A DNA stretch of 64,000 nt, from NCBI RefSeq assembly GCF_037042905.1, contig NC_087251.1, positions 372,001-436,000 of the forward strand, given 5' to 3'. Origin of the DNA: Lytechinus pictus (lineage: Eukaryota). The notes under the pieces were generated by a model, which saw nothing but the letters and a program-made list of their open reading frames with translations, was not told the origin of the DNA and did not search any database. Positions 1 through 13,480 of this stretch are shown here, piece by piece (positions within the stretch are counted from its first letter, which is position 1; each line of letters opens with the position of its first letter). The position numbers and the translations under genes were made by a program.

Positions 1-1039
1 ACTTGCCAAATAAAATCAATCAATCAACTGGATTTTGGTCCTGGGACATAGACTGATGACATTTGTGTTACCGTTCTTCTGCTTAATTTCGCTGCCCCTA
101 CCAAATCTACAAAGGTAACGCCAGAGCCAAGACCGTGATGTTCTGGTCTAGCCGCGCCGAAACTTCGCCGGTCACCTGTACCTCGGTGCGCGTACTGCGC
201 TGCGTGAATGATAATGCTGACTGCACTGCACTGGCATGATAATCTCGACGCGACTCGACTTAGCTATATAGATATGGACTTAAAAGATATAGACTTGGTC
301 TGTCATTGATGTGGCACTATGGCGGATGAGCAACGATAAATATTCAAGGTTAGAATTTTAATTTTCACTTACAGTGTAGATTGTAGTCTGAAAATCTAAA
401 ATAATTATGCTATATCCACAAATCCAACCCACATTTTGCAATCCATCAGGCAGGATCGAATACGCCACTATAAACAAAACAGCAAAGCCAAGTCCCAGTC
501 TATAAACGTTAGACAGAAATTATCTGGTTCAGTATCGAGCTATGTATATTCCGACGGGTCTTGACTTGAGACGAATTATCAAGGGGCGAAGGTCTATGTC
601 ACATCTACCATTTTCATTCCATAATTTTACAAAAATTTGTGTTAGCATATGCATGCAGCCCACCGTACCCTACCTCAGCACCGACCGGCCCGGGGCGCCG
701 GGGCGGCCATGGCGCTTGTATACTCAAGAGGCGGTGCTGGATTGTGTAGGCGCATTATGGTGCAGCGAAATTTAGATGAAGACGTATCAACCTCACGTAT
801 ACTTGTTACCATATTGATATGCTAAGTCATAAAACTGTTGTCACTACCATGTAATATTTTATGAAAAATACAGGAATAAGTATTTCATATTTTAAGCATG
901 ATATTTGATGTAAAAACATTTCAAGCAAAAATAATGATAAAGAGGAAATGAAAATAAATCAACTCTACAATCTACTAAAAAAGTGCTCTGAGAGGTTTTC
1001 GGTGGTCACAAAACATAGAGATATATATATACTAATAAG

Positions 1040-1335
1040 TAATTAGCAATCCAATTGTTTCAGTTCTTGGTAGACAAATTATGAATAAACCTAATTTCAT
1101 ATAATAAAATACAAATGAACAAGTCATGCAAGTGGGGATATGACATCATCAGCCCGCGAACCTAATGAATATTCATAAAGACATGCCTAGAACTGTTTCG
1201 CCGGAATGATGCAAATTTTTAAAATTCAATAACTTTGTTATTTGTTATCCGATTTTGATCAAATTTGCAGCATTTTGCTTTGTGAATTTTACTCTATTTA
1301 TTGAGATATAAATATCTCCAGCATGGACCATCCCT
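1040..1335. mobile_element. Partial Kolobok-like MITE (right half of the AGGGATGGTCC family)
   Basis: Ends GGACCATCCCT|TTAA; homologous to 27600-27872. Confidence 0.7.
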
Positions 1336-1590
1336 TTAATTAGTCAAGAGTAGATCGACAAATTTGAGCGCGGGAGCGAGGATGGATCAAGGGGGAAAGG
1401 CGAGATGGGATAGAAGGGGAGAGATTGCAAGAGGGAGGTTGAGAGAAACATATGAGTGCAAGAGAGAGAGAGAGTGAAACTAGATGGAGAGGAGGGGGGT
1501 GGCGAGGACATTATGCGAGTCCATTCAGTCATGTTTCAGAAAGAAACAGAGGGGGAGAGAGAGGTTGCATGAAAGTGGGGGGAGCACAAA

Positions 1591-2068
1591 AGGTGGTTTC
1601 AAACCGCCTCGATCACAAGAATCCCCGTTAAATTACGAGAACTTTTTTAGGCTGAAAAATACCCATTAATTATCCCTGCATTCACACCGCCCTGAAACAT
1701 ACCCTTCGGGATAAGTTCCTGAAGTTACGAGCATGCGCAGTATGGTCTGATAAGCAGCAAGGCGCGAAATTCAAAATCACTAGCCCAGCAGCAACCCATG
1801 CACGGCGCCGCACCCAACGACACGCTGGGCTAAAAGTTCCCGTAATTTGCTTTCAGACCGCCAAAATACCCACGACCTTGGAAAAATCCCCGCGAAAGTT
1901 CTCGTAATTTCGCCAAGTACCTACTATTTATCGGGTATTTTCTTTCGGGGATATTACGCGTAGTTTGCTTTCACACCGCCAAAATACCTGGTATTTTCTG
2001 ATCGGGGTAAATTTCCCGATCAGAGAATACCTGGAACTGGCGAACTTCGAGGCGGTCTGAAACCACCT
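1591..2068. mobile_element. MITE, PIF/Harbinger-like
   Basis: TIR AGGTGGTTTCAAACCGCCTCGA / TCGAGGCGGTCTGAAACCACCT, 3-bp A-rich flanks, internal reiteration of TTTCACACCGCC. Confidence 0.7.
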
Positions 2069-2471
2069 AAAGAGAAAGAGAACGAAACTTAAGCCGTCGG
2101 TCCTCTGGTTGCTTGCTCACAGGCATTCGTGCTTTCTTAGCAGTCAGGTAAAAACCTCGGTATAACATTTAATGACCGGTTTAATGATAACATTTAATAA
2201 ATTTAGATGGAGGGGTGGCGAGGACATTCATTGCTAGAGAGAGGAAGGGAGAGAGATTGCAAGAGAGAAATCGAAACTTGAGGAAGCAGAGAGAGGGGGA
2301 TGGAGTCCATTCATGTACAAAAGTGTGCGTCCATTCGTTCATGTACAAATTGGCAAGTCCATGCGCCTGCGCACTTCAGATTTTCAGCTCAATTTATGAA
2401 TAATTCATGTCCCATAGCGTTTCCATGTACGGAAAAAATATTCGCGGCCCGGGCTGCCGTTCTAAGCTTAA

Positions 2472-3046
2472 AGGAGAATGAAACCCTTGAAACCAGCTGA
2501 ATCCATACCAAAGAGAAAAATCAAAGAAACATATTGTTGAACGTTTGAGGAAGATTGAATGAATAATAAGAAAATTATGAGCATTTGAATATTGAGATCA
2601 CTAATGCCATGTAGATCCTCCCATTGGCAATGCGACCAAGATCTGTGATGTCACACACGTACAACTCCCTCATTACTTTAGTACTTATTTCACTTATATT
2701 CTCACTTTTATAGAGTAAGGTGAGGTGTTCTCTTTCAGAGTACAAGTACAGAGGTTTCACAACATTATATCATTGATGAATCGTTTGTCATATGATTAGA
2801 AAGAGCAAAAAGAGATGTTTTGGGGTATATTTTCAGTGTCCAAAAGGGGAGAGTTGTTCATCTGTGACATAATATATCTTGGTCGCATTGCCAATGGGAG
2901 GATCTCCATAGCATTAGTGATCTCGACATTCAAATGCTCACAACTCTTCTATTGCTAGTCCTATTTTACTCAAACTTTTGTTGATCTTATTCTTTGATTT
3001 TTCTGCTTTCACAAAAGCGAACTTGCTCCAAGAGTTTCATTCTCCT
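2472..3046. mobile_element. Kolobok-like MITE (TTAA TSD, AGGAGAATGAAAC termini)
   Basis: TTAA|AGGAGAATGAAACC...GTTTCATTCTCCT|TTAA; near-identical reverse complement of 51212-51795. Confidence 0.82.
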
Positions 3047-3946
3047 TTAATTGCGCCAGTCAAGACAGGAATAACCGTCGTTTCTGGGGATTTCCTTTCT
3101 GGCATTTCACTACGCCGCACAGTGGGCCAGGAGAGAGCAAAAGTGCGCAAAAACTGGTTTTTGGTCATGAAACAAATTTTGTTTTTTCATGTTCTAAGCA
3201 AATATAAGAACCTGTAGAATGTCTCCACACAATATTTTTCCATGAAATTGATTATTAGTTGCAAATTTTTCACAATATTATCTGAAAATGACTCTTTACG
3301 GCTACCGCATGTGTAAATGACACGTTTTAGATATTTCACTGTTGTAACAAAACGGATTGATTTATGTATTGTAACGTGAGACCCTAGCTCCTATCAAAAG
3401 GTAAAATGCTGCAACCACATACTTGTCTAGGGGTATATTATAAGGTCTTTGGTATGAGCCCTTGGGGTGTCACGCGCGTAAAACATTCCCCATAGACTTG
3501 TGTGTTAAAATGGCACTTAAGAAAAATTCATAAAAAATAAATGTGAAATTAGAGGGTCGAATGTTTACTACCTTTGGATAGGATATATATCTGACATTCC
3601 ATATCTGACCAGAGAAGGGTATCGTAGCCAGCTCATTTTAAAAATAAATCGCCATTTATGAAGATAACTATGATGGGATCAAATTCATCAACTGAAACAG
3701 TAAAATTATGGCCCCAATTCTTCCGCCAGTCAAAAAATAGTTCCAAATCATTGATATATCTTCCCAATTTGGGCAAAGGAAGTTCAGTAGTTACCATTTC
3801 TAGAATCAGTGTTAGATTTTGAATCATATTCATACACTTTTGTCAATCAGCAATTGGGTCGAACGAATATATTTAGCCCTCCTGATGTAATTAGGCTCAT
3901 GGTACCTTGGCTGTTTCGGAGAAATCCAGACAACCTATACAGAAAT

Positions 3947-5369
3947 CCCGGGGGGCCACTTACATTGACGAGTGGATACCATGCGCGACCAAAAAAACAC
4001 GTAAAAAGGGTGTCTTTTTCAAGATAGGGCACGTTACATACGTAACGTGATAAGGGTGTCAAAAACACAAAAATATTGAAAAAAGGGTATCTATTTCGCT
4101 CGGAAAATATACGTGTTTAGGGTCAAATATGCGGGGATGATAAAACAAAATCAAAATGTTTTATAAAGGATGTCCTTTTTGCCCCAACACTAAGTGTTTA
4201 GAGTCCGATTTGCGCGAGGTGTGGAAGGTCGGGCCGTACTAAACCAAAATAATGGTGTGTAAAGAAAAACCGACGATCGACGGACCCGTGATATCGCTTT
4301 ACTTGTTTAGAGCTTCATTTCAGGGAATACTTGCCAATTATCGTTTTTTTTTCAATACTTGTTTTGGGGTGCATTTTCAGAATATGGAAAATACATTGCT
4401 GTACTTGTTTAGGGGCTCAATTCTGGGAGTACTTGCCAATACTTGTTAACCCTAATTCTCCCGGGGGGGGGCCATTATGGCCCCCCCCCCCCCCCCCCCC
4501 CTCGACAATTTTCGCGATATATCTGCTGCGCAAATTTTTTTGACCTCGCCGCTCACTGACTTTTTACTTTCAAGTCTCGCGCAAATTTTGAGACCAAATT
4601 TGTGACGCCCGGGTACGTGGTTACGACATTACGCAACATTATGTAAGTGCATGTCAGACCCAAAATTGCTCATAAACGTGATTTCATGTACAAATCCAAT
4701 GCAAATTGTGTATTTGGCCAAAATTCATAAATGTATCATTATTTCTACTTTTAATGATTAAACTTAATTAATTTTGCCTTGTTTATGATCAGAATTAAGT
4801 CTGGAACTATTTCCATCGAAAAAAACAATAAAAAACAAAAAGTAAAAAAACAAAGAAATACATAAGAAATTTAAAAAACAATAAAATACATAAGAAATCG
4901 GTCTTTGTACCAGAATTTTTTTCATTCACAATTGTTAGGAATGCTATAAAGAATATTTTCACCAAACAATAGCATTCTAGGAGCTTTATTTAGTGAATCA
5001 GAGCAAAAAGTATGATTTCATGAATAAATTAGCATAATTAATTCATATAAAATAAAAATATATGAATTCAGTGAAATATACCAATGCAACTGCGTAGATT
5101 ACGTCATTCTCTACCATCATGCAAATTTTCGTTGTGATCGCGCAATCCACGGCTGAGATCTTAAGGGGGGGCCATAATGCCCCCCCCCCCCCCCGGGAAT
5201 GACAAGAATCAAAATCCCCGGGAGATTGAGGGTTAAGGGTAGGGTTTCACACGCCAACACTTGTTAAGGGGTGCATTTTCAGAATATGGAAAATACGTGT
5301 TTAGGGTGCTTTTCAAGACCCCGTGGTCGCGCATGGTATCCACTCGTCAATGGAAGTGGCCCCTCCGGG
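3947..5369. mobile_element. TIR element with 8-bp TSD (CCCGGGGG termini), superfamily uncertain
   Basis: TIR CCCGGGGGGCCACTTACATTGACGAGTGGATACCATGCGCGACC; TSD ACAGAAAT at 3939-3946 and 5370-5377. Further copies at ~29540-29635 and 63620-64000. Confidence 0.85.
4450..5232. mobile_element. piggyBac-like MITE nested in the 3947-5369 element
   Basis: TTAA|CCCTAATTCTCCCGGGG...CCCCGGGAGATTGAGGG|TTAA. Confidence 0.82.
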
Positions 5370-5776
5370 ACAGAAATCCATACTGGGTAGACAAGGGGGG
5401 GGGGGTGAGGACTGGGAACACTGGGAAGGGCATGACTCATGCTCGATCTCCTCAATCAGTCGCACGTGCATGCGCTATATGCACGACACTCACACTCACC
5501 ATCCATATGGACCTACTATATACAGGTACTAGTCCGGTCCATGCACTCCACAATGCATACACGACCGGAGACCCAAGTCCAGCTGACTGACCAAACATTT
5601 GACTCCTTCTCCACTCTCGTTCCCAAGACCAGCATCACATCAATCAAGAATTTATCTGGTAAGTCAACTGATCATCCCTGCTAATTCGCTAAACTATTCA
5701 CGACTGGTCAAGCTCAACAATCAATCAATCTAACTTACTTCACTCACTTCGAACATTCACATTGTTCAGTTAGAGT

Positions 5777-6432
5777 TACCTCGAGCGAAGTTCGTGCAGG
5801 CTCCACTCCACACTACTCTTCACCTACCCGAACTTCGAGACCATGAACTCGATCGGATATTCCGAGTGATAAAAGGTGGGATTTTATGGGGACAAAATAC
5901 AAATTTCATGCAACATCACGATCTTTAAAAACAAGTACAACTAATATTCTTACTTTACACAAAGTTTCGCTTCTTTTTGATGCTTCTATCAGTCTCAAAT
6001 TTGATGATTTAGAGCCAACATGAAGTTCCTCACACGTATAAATATTAATGCGCTGCCGACTTCAAAACATCGCATGCGGGAGGTACCGACTACCGGGTCT
6101 GGTCCGAGCTCGGACCCTCGCGCGCATGCGATGTTCTGAAATCGGCAGCGAATTATTACGTGTAAGGAACTTCATGTTGGCTCTAAATCATCAATTTTGA
6201 GACTGATAGAAGCATGGAAAAGAAGTGAAACTTTGTGTAAAGTAAGAATATTAGTTGTACTTGTTTTTAAAGATCGTGATGTTGCATGAATTTTGTATTT
6301 TCTCCCCATAAAATCCCACCTTTTGTCACTCAGAATATCCGATCGAGTTCATGGTCTCGAAGTTCGGGTAGGTGGAGCGTAGTGTAGCGGTAGTGAAGTG
6401 GAGTGGAGCCTGCACGAACTTCACTCGAGGTA
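5777..6432. mobile_element. Foldback MITE with ~300-bp arms (TACCTCGAG termini)
   Basis: Near-perfect palindrome. ATTGTTCAGT occurs on both flanks (5761-5770 and 6433-6442), with 6 extra bases on the left. Confidence 0.8.
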
Positions 6433-6499
6433 ATTGTTCAGTATGCACACAACGTTGTACGGGGTACGGACAGCCCGACCACCGGACAGCCCGACCCTG

Positions 6500-6659
6500 G
6501 GGAGTGTTTCATCAACATTTTCATCCGACAAGTTGTCAGATCTAGTGACATCTTTCTCTGATGTTGATTCGCTGAGAGGTACTGTTACTATGGTAACTGT
6601 CAGATAAAATGGGACTTGTCGGATGAAACGTCCGACAAGTCCTTTCATGAAACGCCCCC
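6500..6659. mobile_element. Small Harbinger-like MITE
   Basis: GGGAGTGTTTCAT...ATGAAACGCCCCC flanked by CTG; similar termini at 55099-55285. Confidence 0.65.
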
Positions 6660-7381
6660 CTGGACAGCCCGACCCGCTGCCCTGGACAACTCGTCCCGGT
6701 CGAGTTGTCCAGGGTTGGCTCTGAATCGGACAACTCGACCACTTGAATTCTTCTTCAAGATCAACATTTCATGAAATAAAATTTCAAATTTTACTTTAAA
6801 AGTATTTTCCCGCATAATCCATGTTTACAATGGATACAATACATACAATACATTCTCGACAGAAAATTTGACATTTCAGTGCATTTTGAGCTATTTTGAA
6901 AGAAAATAAAGCGAGTTCCCTTGCAACGAGATTACTGCCCCCGGTATCTTGATAAATTAATAATCCGATACCGCCGGCGAGCTGTGTTCAATGTCTGCAA
7001 ATTTGAGTTGATTTTTCTGTCACTTGACATATTTTAATGGTGAGGGTGTGCTATTTTGTATTTTCATATTCCATTTTCACATTTCCTCTACTTATTTAAA
7101 GTTATTGTATTTCACAAAACTGATACTTAATGCAAACTTTTTGAGATAGTTCACCTGGAAAAGACACCCGATGCGGTGCTTCGCCTCGCAGGCCAGCTGG
7201 GTGACCGGCTGTGCTGTGATTGTAACTGAGTGTGGCACTCGGCTCAACGAGCTATGCGAGGTCGAACTTACTTATTTTAGTAAATTTTTCCGTCTCTTGA
7301 CATATTCCAATGGCGAGAGTGTTCTATTTTTGTATTTTCACACTTCTTCCACCTATTAAAAAGTTTTTTTATGTCACAAAT

Positions 7382-7829
7382 ACCGTGTTTACACTTAATC
7401 GGCATTTTAATCGGCTCGCGGTTCTGAACCGCGAGCCGATTCAGCATCGGCTTTTTCATAGAGTGTAAACTCGAGCAACTTGAATCGGCTCGCGGTTCAG
7501 AACCGGCAATTTGCACCACCAAAGTAGTAGGTTCTGAACCGCGAGCCGATGCAGAATCGGCTTTTTTACTACGTGTAAACAGAAAGCCGATTCTGCACCG
7601 GCAATTTGTGCGCATTTCAATTACTTTACCATTGTGACGTAATTGTAAGCGCACTGATCCAGCGTTGTCTTTATTATGACGTATATTGTAGGTATGCGTA
7701 TCATTTCAGGTTTTTGCATCGGCTCGCGGTTCTGAACCGCGAGCTGTAACAACGTGTAAACGCAATCCAATGCCGATTCTGCATCGGCATTTGGTTCAGA
7801 ACCAATTGCCGATTAAGTGTAAACAAGGT
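7382..7829. mobile_element. Palindromic MITE inserted in the left arm of the foldback element
   Basis: TIR ACCGTGTTTACACTTAATCGGCA / TGCCGATTAAGTGTAAACAAGGT, flanked by AAAT; absent from the right arm; internal repeats of TCGGCTCGCGGTTCTGAACCGCGAGCCGA. Confidence 0.8.
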
Positions 7830-8687
7830 AAATGCTGATTATAGGACAGTGACTGCGTAGTTGGAATGCGCTTCCCCAAACCATCCTTGACGCCCCTCTT
7901 TGGAGGCCTTAAACAAAGTTCAGGCCAGGGGGTGCTTCCAACCAACATCTAAACCAATTATGGAAATAGATTTGAAAATGTCTCAGTATGTAAGTTATGA
8001 AGTTTACAATATGGAATAGTTTATTGAAAAAAGAAATATATTCTTTATTTCTACCGTAATTGAAAAACTTAACTTTTTTATCAAAATCTAAAACTTGCCT
8101 TTCGTTATCGAAAAACATGTGTCTCATTTTTTACCTGTCGGTTTATACTGTCACAACTTTTTTAAATGCAACTTCCATTGGAAACAACGGGTCTTCTGGA
8201 GGATACCAGCACTTGGGCTGGTACCAACCACCTACACCCGGGATGAGGAGAAGAGGTTTCATACTCGACATGCGATGGCCTTTCCATTTCTTTCACGAGC
8301 AGAAATAATACTGAGTTCCAATGACTTGGGCATCAGAGCGGCAGTCCCTTGATCGATGAGGTAATACAGCTTTTTAGATACAATAAATCAATTTTTGTGC
8401 ACTTCATGCAGGCATATCAAAGTTCAATTTTTTTTCTTCAAATTCTTTTAAAGAAAGAAAGGACAATTGAATTTAACAAAAAATTAACTTATTTTTTTCT
8501 TATTTTATTAATAAAAATTCAAAATTGCTTCTTAAAAATGTGAGTAACCACTACATTGTTAGGTTTAGTAGAAGTTGTAACATTCTAAATTAATTTTGGG
8601 TATGTAGAGGTTATGCTTAATTCATGTGGAACATTTATGTTATATACATCTTCTAGATGATACCAAGTATCGTTCAAGTGAGTTTGA

Positions 8688-9151
8688 AGGGAAAGTTCAC
8701 CCTGACAAAAAATTTATTGTAAAAACAACAGAAATAATTAAAAATATTGCCGAAGGTTTGAGGAAAATCCATCAAAGAATTTAAAAGTTATTAGAATTTC
8801 AATTATTTGATTTGTGATGTCATATGCAACCAGCATTTCTACATAATGAATGGTAAAAAATCAATTGTCATTTTCTCAGAAAATGCTTTTACTATACCTT
8901 TTGTATATCAAAAGACAAAAAATTTCACACCCAAACATGAAAAGAAAACAAAAATAAGTCATCAGGAACCATTAAAAAAAAAAAATCATGCACTTTTAAT
9001 TACATAATATATTTGGCAGCTGCTCGTTTATGACGCCACAAATCCAAACTTAAATTGAATAACATTTTTAATCTTCAAACATTCACCAATATTTTTTTAT
9101 TATTTTTCTGCTATTTTTACAACAAAATTTTCTTCAGAGTGAACTTTCCCT
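8688..9151. mobile_element. Kolobok-like MITE
   Basis: TTGA|AGGGAAAGTTCACCCTG...CAGAGTGAACTTTCCCT|TTAA. Confidence 0.7.
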
Positions 9152-10199
9152 TTAAGATTGAATTAGTTGCAATAAACTTAACTTTAATATATTTTAAAAA
9201 TGTATTTGCTTCTAAATTAAAGGTTGAAATGGTATGATTTGTTTCAGTAGCAAAAGAGGTGCAGAGCATCAAATAGTTGAAATTACTATATCGTCAATAC
9301 TTTATTTTATTTCTATCTTTCCAGCTCTTTGAGACCACCTGAATTGCAAACTCTGTATGGCCAGTTTTTGTATGACAAAAAAAAGATGAGGGTTGAAAAT
9401 CCCTCTAGCTAAGCGAGGGATCATTTAATTGCCATGGAAACCAAATATAATAATGTATAACAGGTTGTATATTCCTGATAGTGCAATTGTTAATGTTAAT
9501 TTATATTGGCACTAATGTAATTTTAAGATTGTCCTTATTGTTAGCTTTACATAAACACCAAAAGCAGAGGATATTGTTCCCAACTGGAATTGTGATGATA
9601 AATAAGACTATGCTATAGTCATATTTATCATCATAATAACATATTTGGTAATGTAATACTATTTGAAATTTTGAACCAGTATTTCATCTATGTGGGATAT
9701 ATTTTATATACACTGAAGTTCAATATGTGTTACTATGTAATTTTACATCTGATCAAGTTTACCTTAATGTTACTTAATAAAACCCACTTAACTCCAAAGA
9801 AGTATTTTGAATATTTGGTTCTTTCACTATTGTGTATCCTTTTTCTCGCTGAATATAAATTTACCTTTTAATGAGAGCTGTGGTGACAGGTTCCATGACA
9901 TTTGCTCTGGCAACAATTGCTCCGCTGTAAATTCCACACCGTAATCTTATGAACAGCTTCAACCAGTAAGGCCTAAACCTAACCTAAAACTATATTGCAA
10001 CCCTAAAACCTCTATCTTAAGGGGCTTTCACAATTGCTTGTGCGATCGTTTGCGATTACTTGGTCACAATATATGTTGCACAGTATTGCAACAGTGAACG
10101 GTCGTAAGCAGTCGCACCACCAATTGTGAAAGGGACAAAATTAAGCCCGGGCAATTGTCGCAGGAGTAAATGTTGTGTCACATGATAATCAGATGGATA

Positions 10200-11260
10200 T
10201 AATTGGAGAGATGAAGAGGGGGGAGGATGGAGATGATGAAAGGTGGGATGGCCATGATGAGGAGTGATGGAGTTGATGAGAGGGGTGTGGATGATGTGTG
10301 CATGGGTGGAGGTGATGAGAGGACGGATGGGGATGATGTTGGGAGGGATGGAGATAAGGTTTAGAGATGAGGATGGAGATGGTGAGGAGTGGTGGAGATG
10401 ATGTGGAAGTGTTGACATGACTTGGGGTGGAGATGAAGAGGAGGGATTGAGATGAAACAGGGATGGAGATGCAAAAATGGTTGAAGATTTTCTTTAACTT
10501 TGGTCTGCAGGACTATCCCCATAACATATTTATCTTGGTGCCCCCTACAAAAGTTCAAGGCCCCCAGTGCCCCCAAAGCTGAATAAACCCAGCTACGCCA
10601 CTGATGAGATCGAGTCAAATTGCCTTCGGGATTGCATCATTTCCAAGAGGTTCTCAATAATATTCCTGAGATGATGAAAAGGATGTTGGTGGCGATGATG
10701 TTTGTGATTATGATAATGATGAACATTGGTGATGACGGTGACGATGATGATGCTTGCTGATGATGGTGATTATAGTGGTGATACGATGATAATGATGACA
10801 ATAATGGTGGATGATGTTGTGATGATGATGGTGGTGATGGCAATGATGATTGTGATGATGAAGATAATGGTGATGCTTATGATGGTGATTATGAGGGTGA
10901 TGATAGTGGTGATGGCGATGATGATAAGGACTGGATGAGAATGATGCTGGTGGTGATGTTGGTGTGATGATGATGGTGGTGATGGCAATGATTGTGATAT
11001 TGATGGTGGCGATGATGTTGAATGGTAATGTGATGATGGTGATTAAGATAATGATGGCAATGATGATAGCGATAGTGATTATGGTGATGATGATGATAAG
11101 TGATGATAATGATGGCGATGAATATAGCGATAGCGATGATAATTAAGATAATGGTGATGATAATGATGGCGATAGTGTTTATAGAGATGATGATGATGGT
11201 GGTGATGGCACTGATTGTGACGATCGTGATGGTGGCGATGATAGAGATGATGGTGGTGAT
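10200..11260. repeat. Degenerate (GAT/GGT/GGA)n low-complexity tract
   Basis: Direct inspection; it produces the spurious Met/Ile/His-rich ORFs. Confidence 0.9.
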
Positions 11261-11269
11261 GTTTCTAAA

Positions 11270-11620
11270 AGGGATGGTCCGGGCTGAAAATATTTATATC
11301 TTAATACGTAGAGTAGAATTCACTGAGCAAAATGCCGAAAATTTCTTCAAAATCGGATAACAAAATTATTGAAGTTTAAAGTTTAGCAATATTTTGTGAA
11401 AACAATGAATATTCATTAGGTGGGCTGATGATGTCACATCCCACTTTCCATTTTCTTATGTTATTACTTAAAATCATTTTTTCATTATTTCATGTCTCCC
11501 TTATAATGTAATAAGTTGCAGCAATAAATTTCTAGTTCTTGGAGGAAAAAAATTGAATAAACCTTACTTCATATAATAAAATACAAAAGAACAAATGGGG
11601 ATGTGACATCATCAGCCCAG
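11270..11620. mobile_element. Truncated Kolobok-like MITE (AGGGATGGTCC family)
   Basis: Homologous to 27299-27715. Confidence 0.75.
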
Positions 11621-12605
11621 TATTGAACAAAAATAAACAATAAAGAGTAAAAAAGACACTTTCCTACAAAAATTGTAAACTTCATAACTTACATACTGAG
11701 GCATTTTCAAATCTATATCCTTAATTTGTTTATATGTTGGTTGGAAGCACCCCCCCTGGCCTGAAGGCCTCCAAAAAGGGGCGTCAAGGATGGTTTTGGG
11801 AAGCACATTCCGACCACGCATTCACTGTCCTATACTCCTATAATCAGCTTAGTGACATTAAAAAAAACTTTTTAATAAGTGGAAGAAGTGTGAAAATACA
11901 AAAATAGCACACTCTCGCCATTGGAATATGTCAAGAGACAGAAAAATTTACTAAAATAAGTAAGTTCGACCTCGCATAGCTAGTTGAGCCGAGTGCCACA
12001 CTCAGTCACAATCACAGCACGGTACCTCACAGCACAGCCAGTCGCCCAGCTGGCCGGCGAGGCGAAGCACCGCATCGGGTGTCCTTTCCAGGTGAACTAC
12101 CTCAAAAGTTTGCATTAAGTATCAGTTTTGTGAAATGCAATAACTTTAAATAAGTAGAGGAAATGTGAAAATGGAATATGAAAATACAAAATAGCACACC
12201 CTCATCATTAAAATATGTCAAGTGACGGAAAAATCAACCCAAATTTGCAGACCTGGAACACAGCTAGCCGGCGGTATCGGATTATCAATTTATCAAGATA
12301 CCGGTAATCTCGTTGCAAGGGAACTCGCTTTATTTTCTTTCAAAATAGCTCAAAATGCACTGAAATGTCAAATTTTCTGTCGAGAATGTATTGAAGAAAC
12401 ATGGATTATGCGGGAAAATACTTTTGAAATAAAGTTTGAAAAAAACTATTTCATGAAATGTTGAAGAAGAATTCAAGTGGTCGAGCTGTCCGATTCAGAG
12501 CCAACCCTGGACAACTCGACCGGGACGAGTTGTCCAGGGCAGCGGGTCGGGCTGTCCCGGAACCCATTGCACACACAACCAAATTACAAAGAGTAGCCAT
12601 TATTG

Positions 12606-13480
12606 TATGGCAGTGTATCGTATTGCCGGACACCTTTATTTCATTGCTTTAAAAATGACAACTAGAGGAAATACAATCAAGAAAAATTCACACTTGCTAT
12701 TCCAAATATTATGAAAATTATGAATATGATAAAATTATTTTATATTTACCAACCATTTTCTTTGCATCGCACTTGCCGCATACCCCTCCACGATAAACAA
12801 TTATTTTGTGTGCGCGACAAATTACATCATGATTCCGGACGCGCGCCGGACGGGTAAAGATATCCTTGATTATAATGATGTAAGAGCAAATTTGTGTGAT
12901 TTTTTTCTTCTTATATCATATCATGAGTAAATTCTAAGTATTATTTGCTTTTTTATATAGAATCTGAGCAGATGTTGGTAATAAATTTGTGTTTCATAAC
13001 TTATTTTATTTTGTCTTGTTAGCTGCATGTTCCAATAATAATATGCTCGCCTTCGTATCGTGACGCTCATCAAGTTCTATCGATGCGCTGCCGATCGACG
13101 GCTCTGCTCACGGTAAACCTCGCGCGCGGGTACCGTCTTGAGAACTAGCCGTCGACGATCACCCACAATACACCATACCTCATCATTCGATCGAAGGAGT
13201 GGACGAGATTGAAATTCGGCAAATCAGGCCCATATTTCTGTTAGAAAATATATCAATTGTTAATGGAAAACTATGTAATATGATATTTTAAGCATTTTCT
13301 GTCATTTTAGAGATAAATAAGGTAAAAGTTGGATTTTTTCGCCTTGTTTTTGCAATCTTGTTCTATGTATTGCTCTGTGAAATTAAATTGCGGAAGTCTT
13401 ACGGTACGAAATTGTTTTCGAACGCAGTAATATGCGCGTCCGGAATCATAATAGTGTCCGGTAATACAATACGTGACTAT
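12606..13480. mobile_element. Degenerate TIR element
   Basis: GTATCGTATTGCCGGACAC / GTGTCCGGTAATACAATAC at the ends and an inner inverted pair ATGATTCCGGACGCGC / GCGCGTCCGGAATCAT. Confidence 0.6.

Larger units (their letters stand above)
6462..12565. mobile_element. Large foldback DNA element with ~900-bp inverted arms
   Basis: 6665-7380 plus 7830-8040 is the reverse complement of ~11640-12560; termini GGGTACGGACAGCCCGACC / GGTCGGGCTGTCCCGGAACCC; no clear TSD. Confidence 0.8.

Noticed and set aside
2575..2760. Apparently conserved 61/64-aa ORF, also at 51498-51692
   Set aside because: Both lie in copies of the same MITE; the similarity reflects DNA identity, and the starts are non-ATG.
10056..11360. 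Met/Ile/His/Ser-rich ORFs
   Set aside because: Translation artefacts of the (GAT/GGT)n low-complexity tract.
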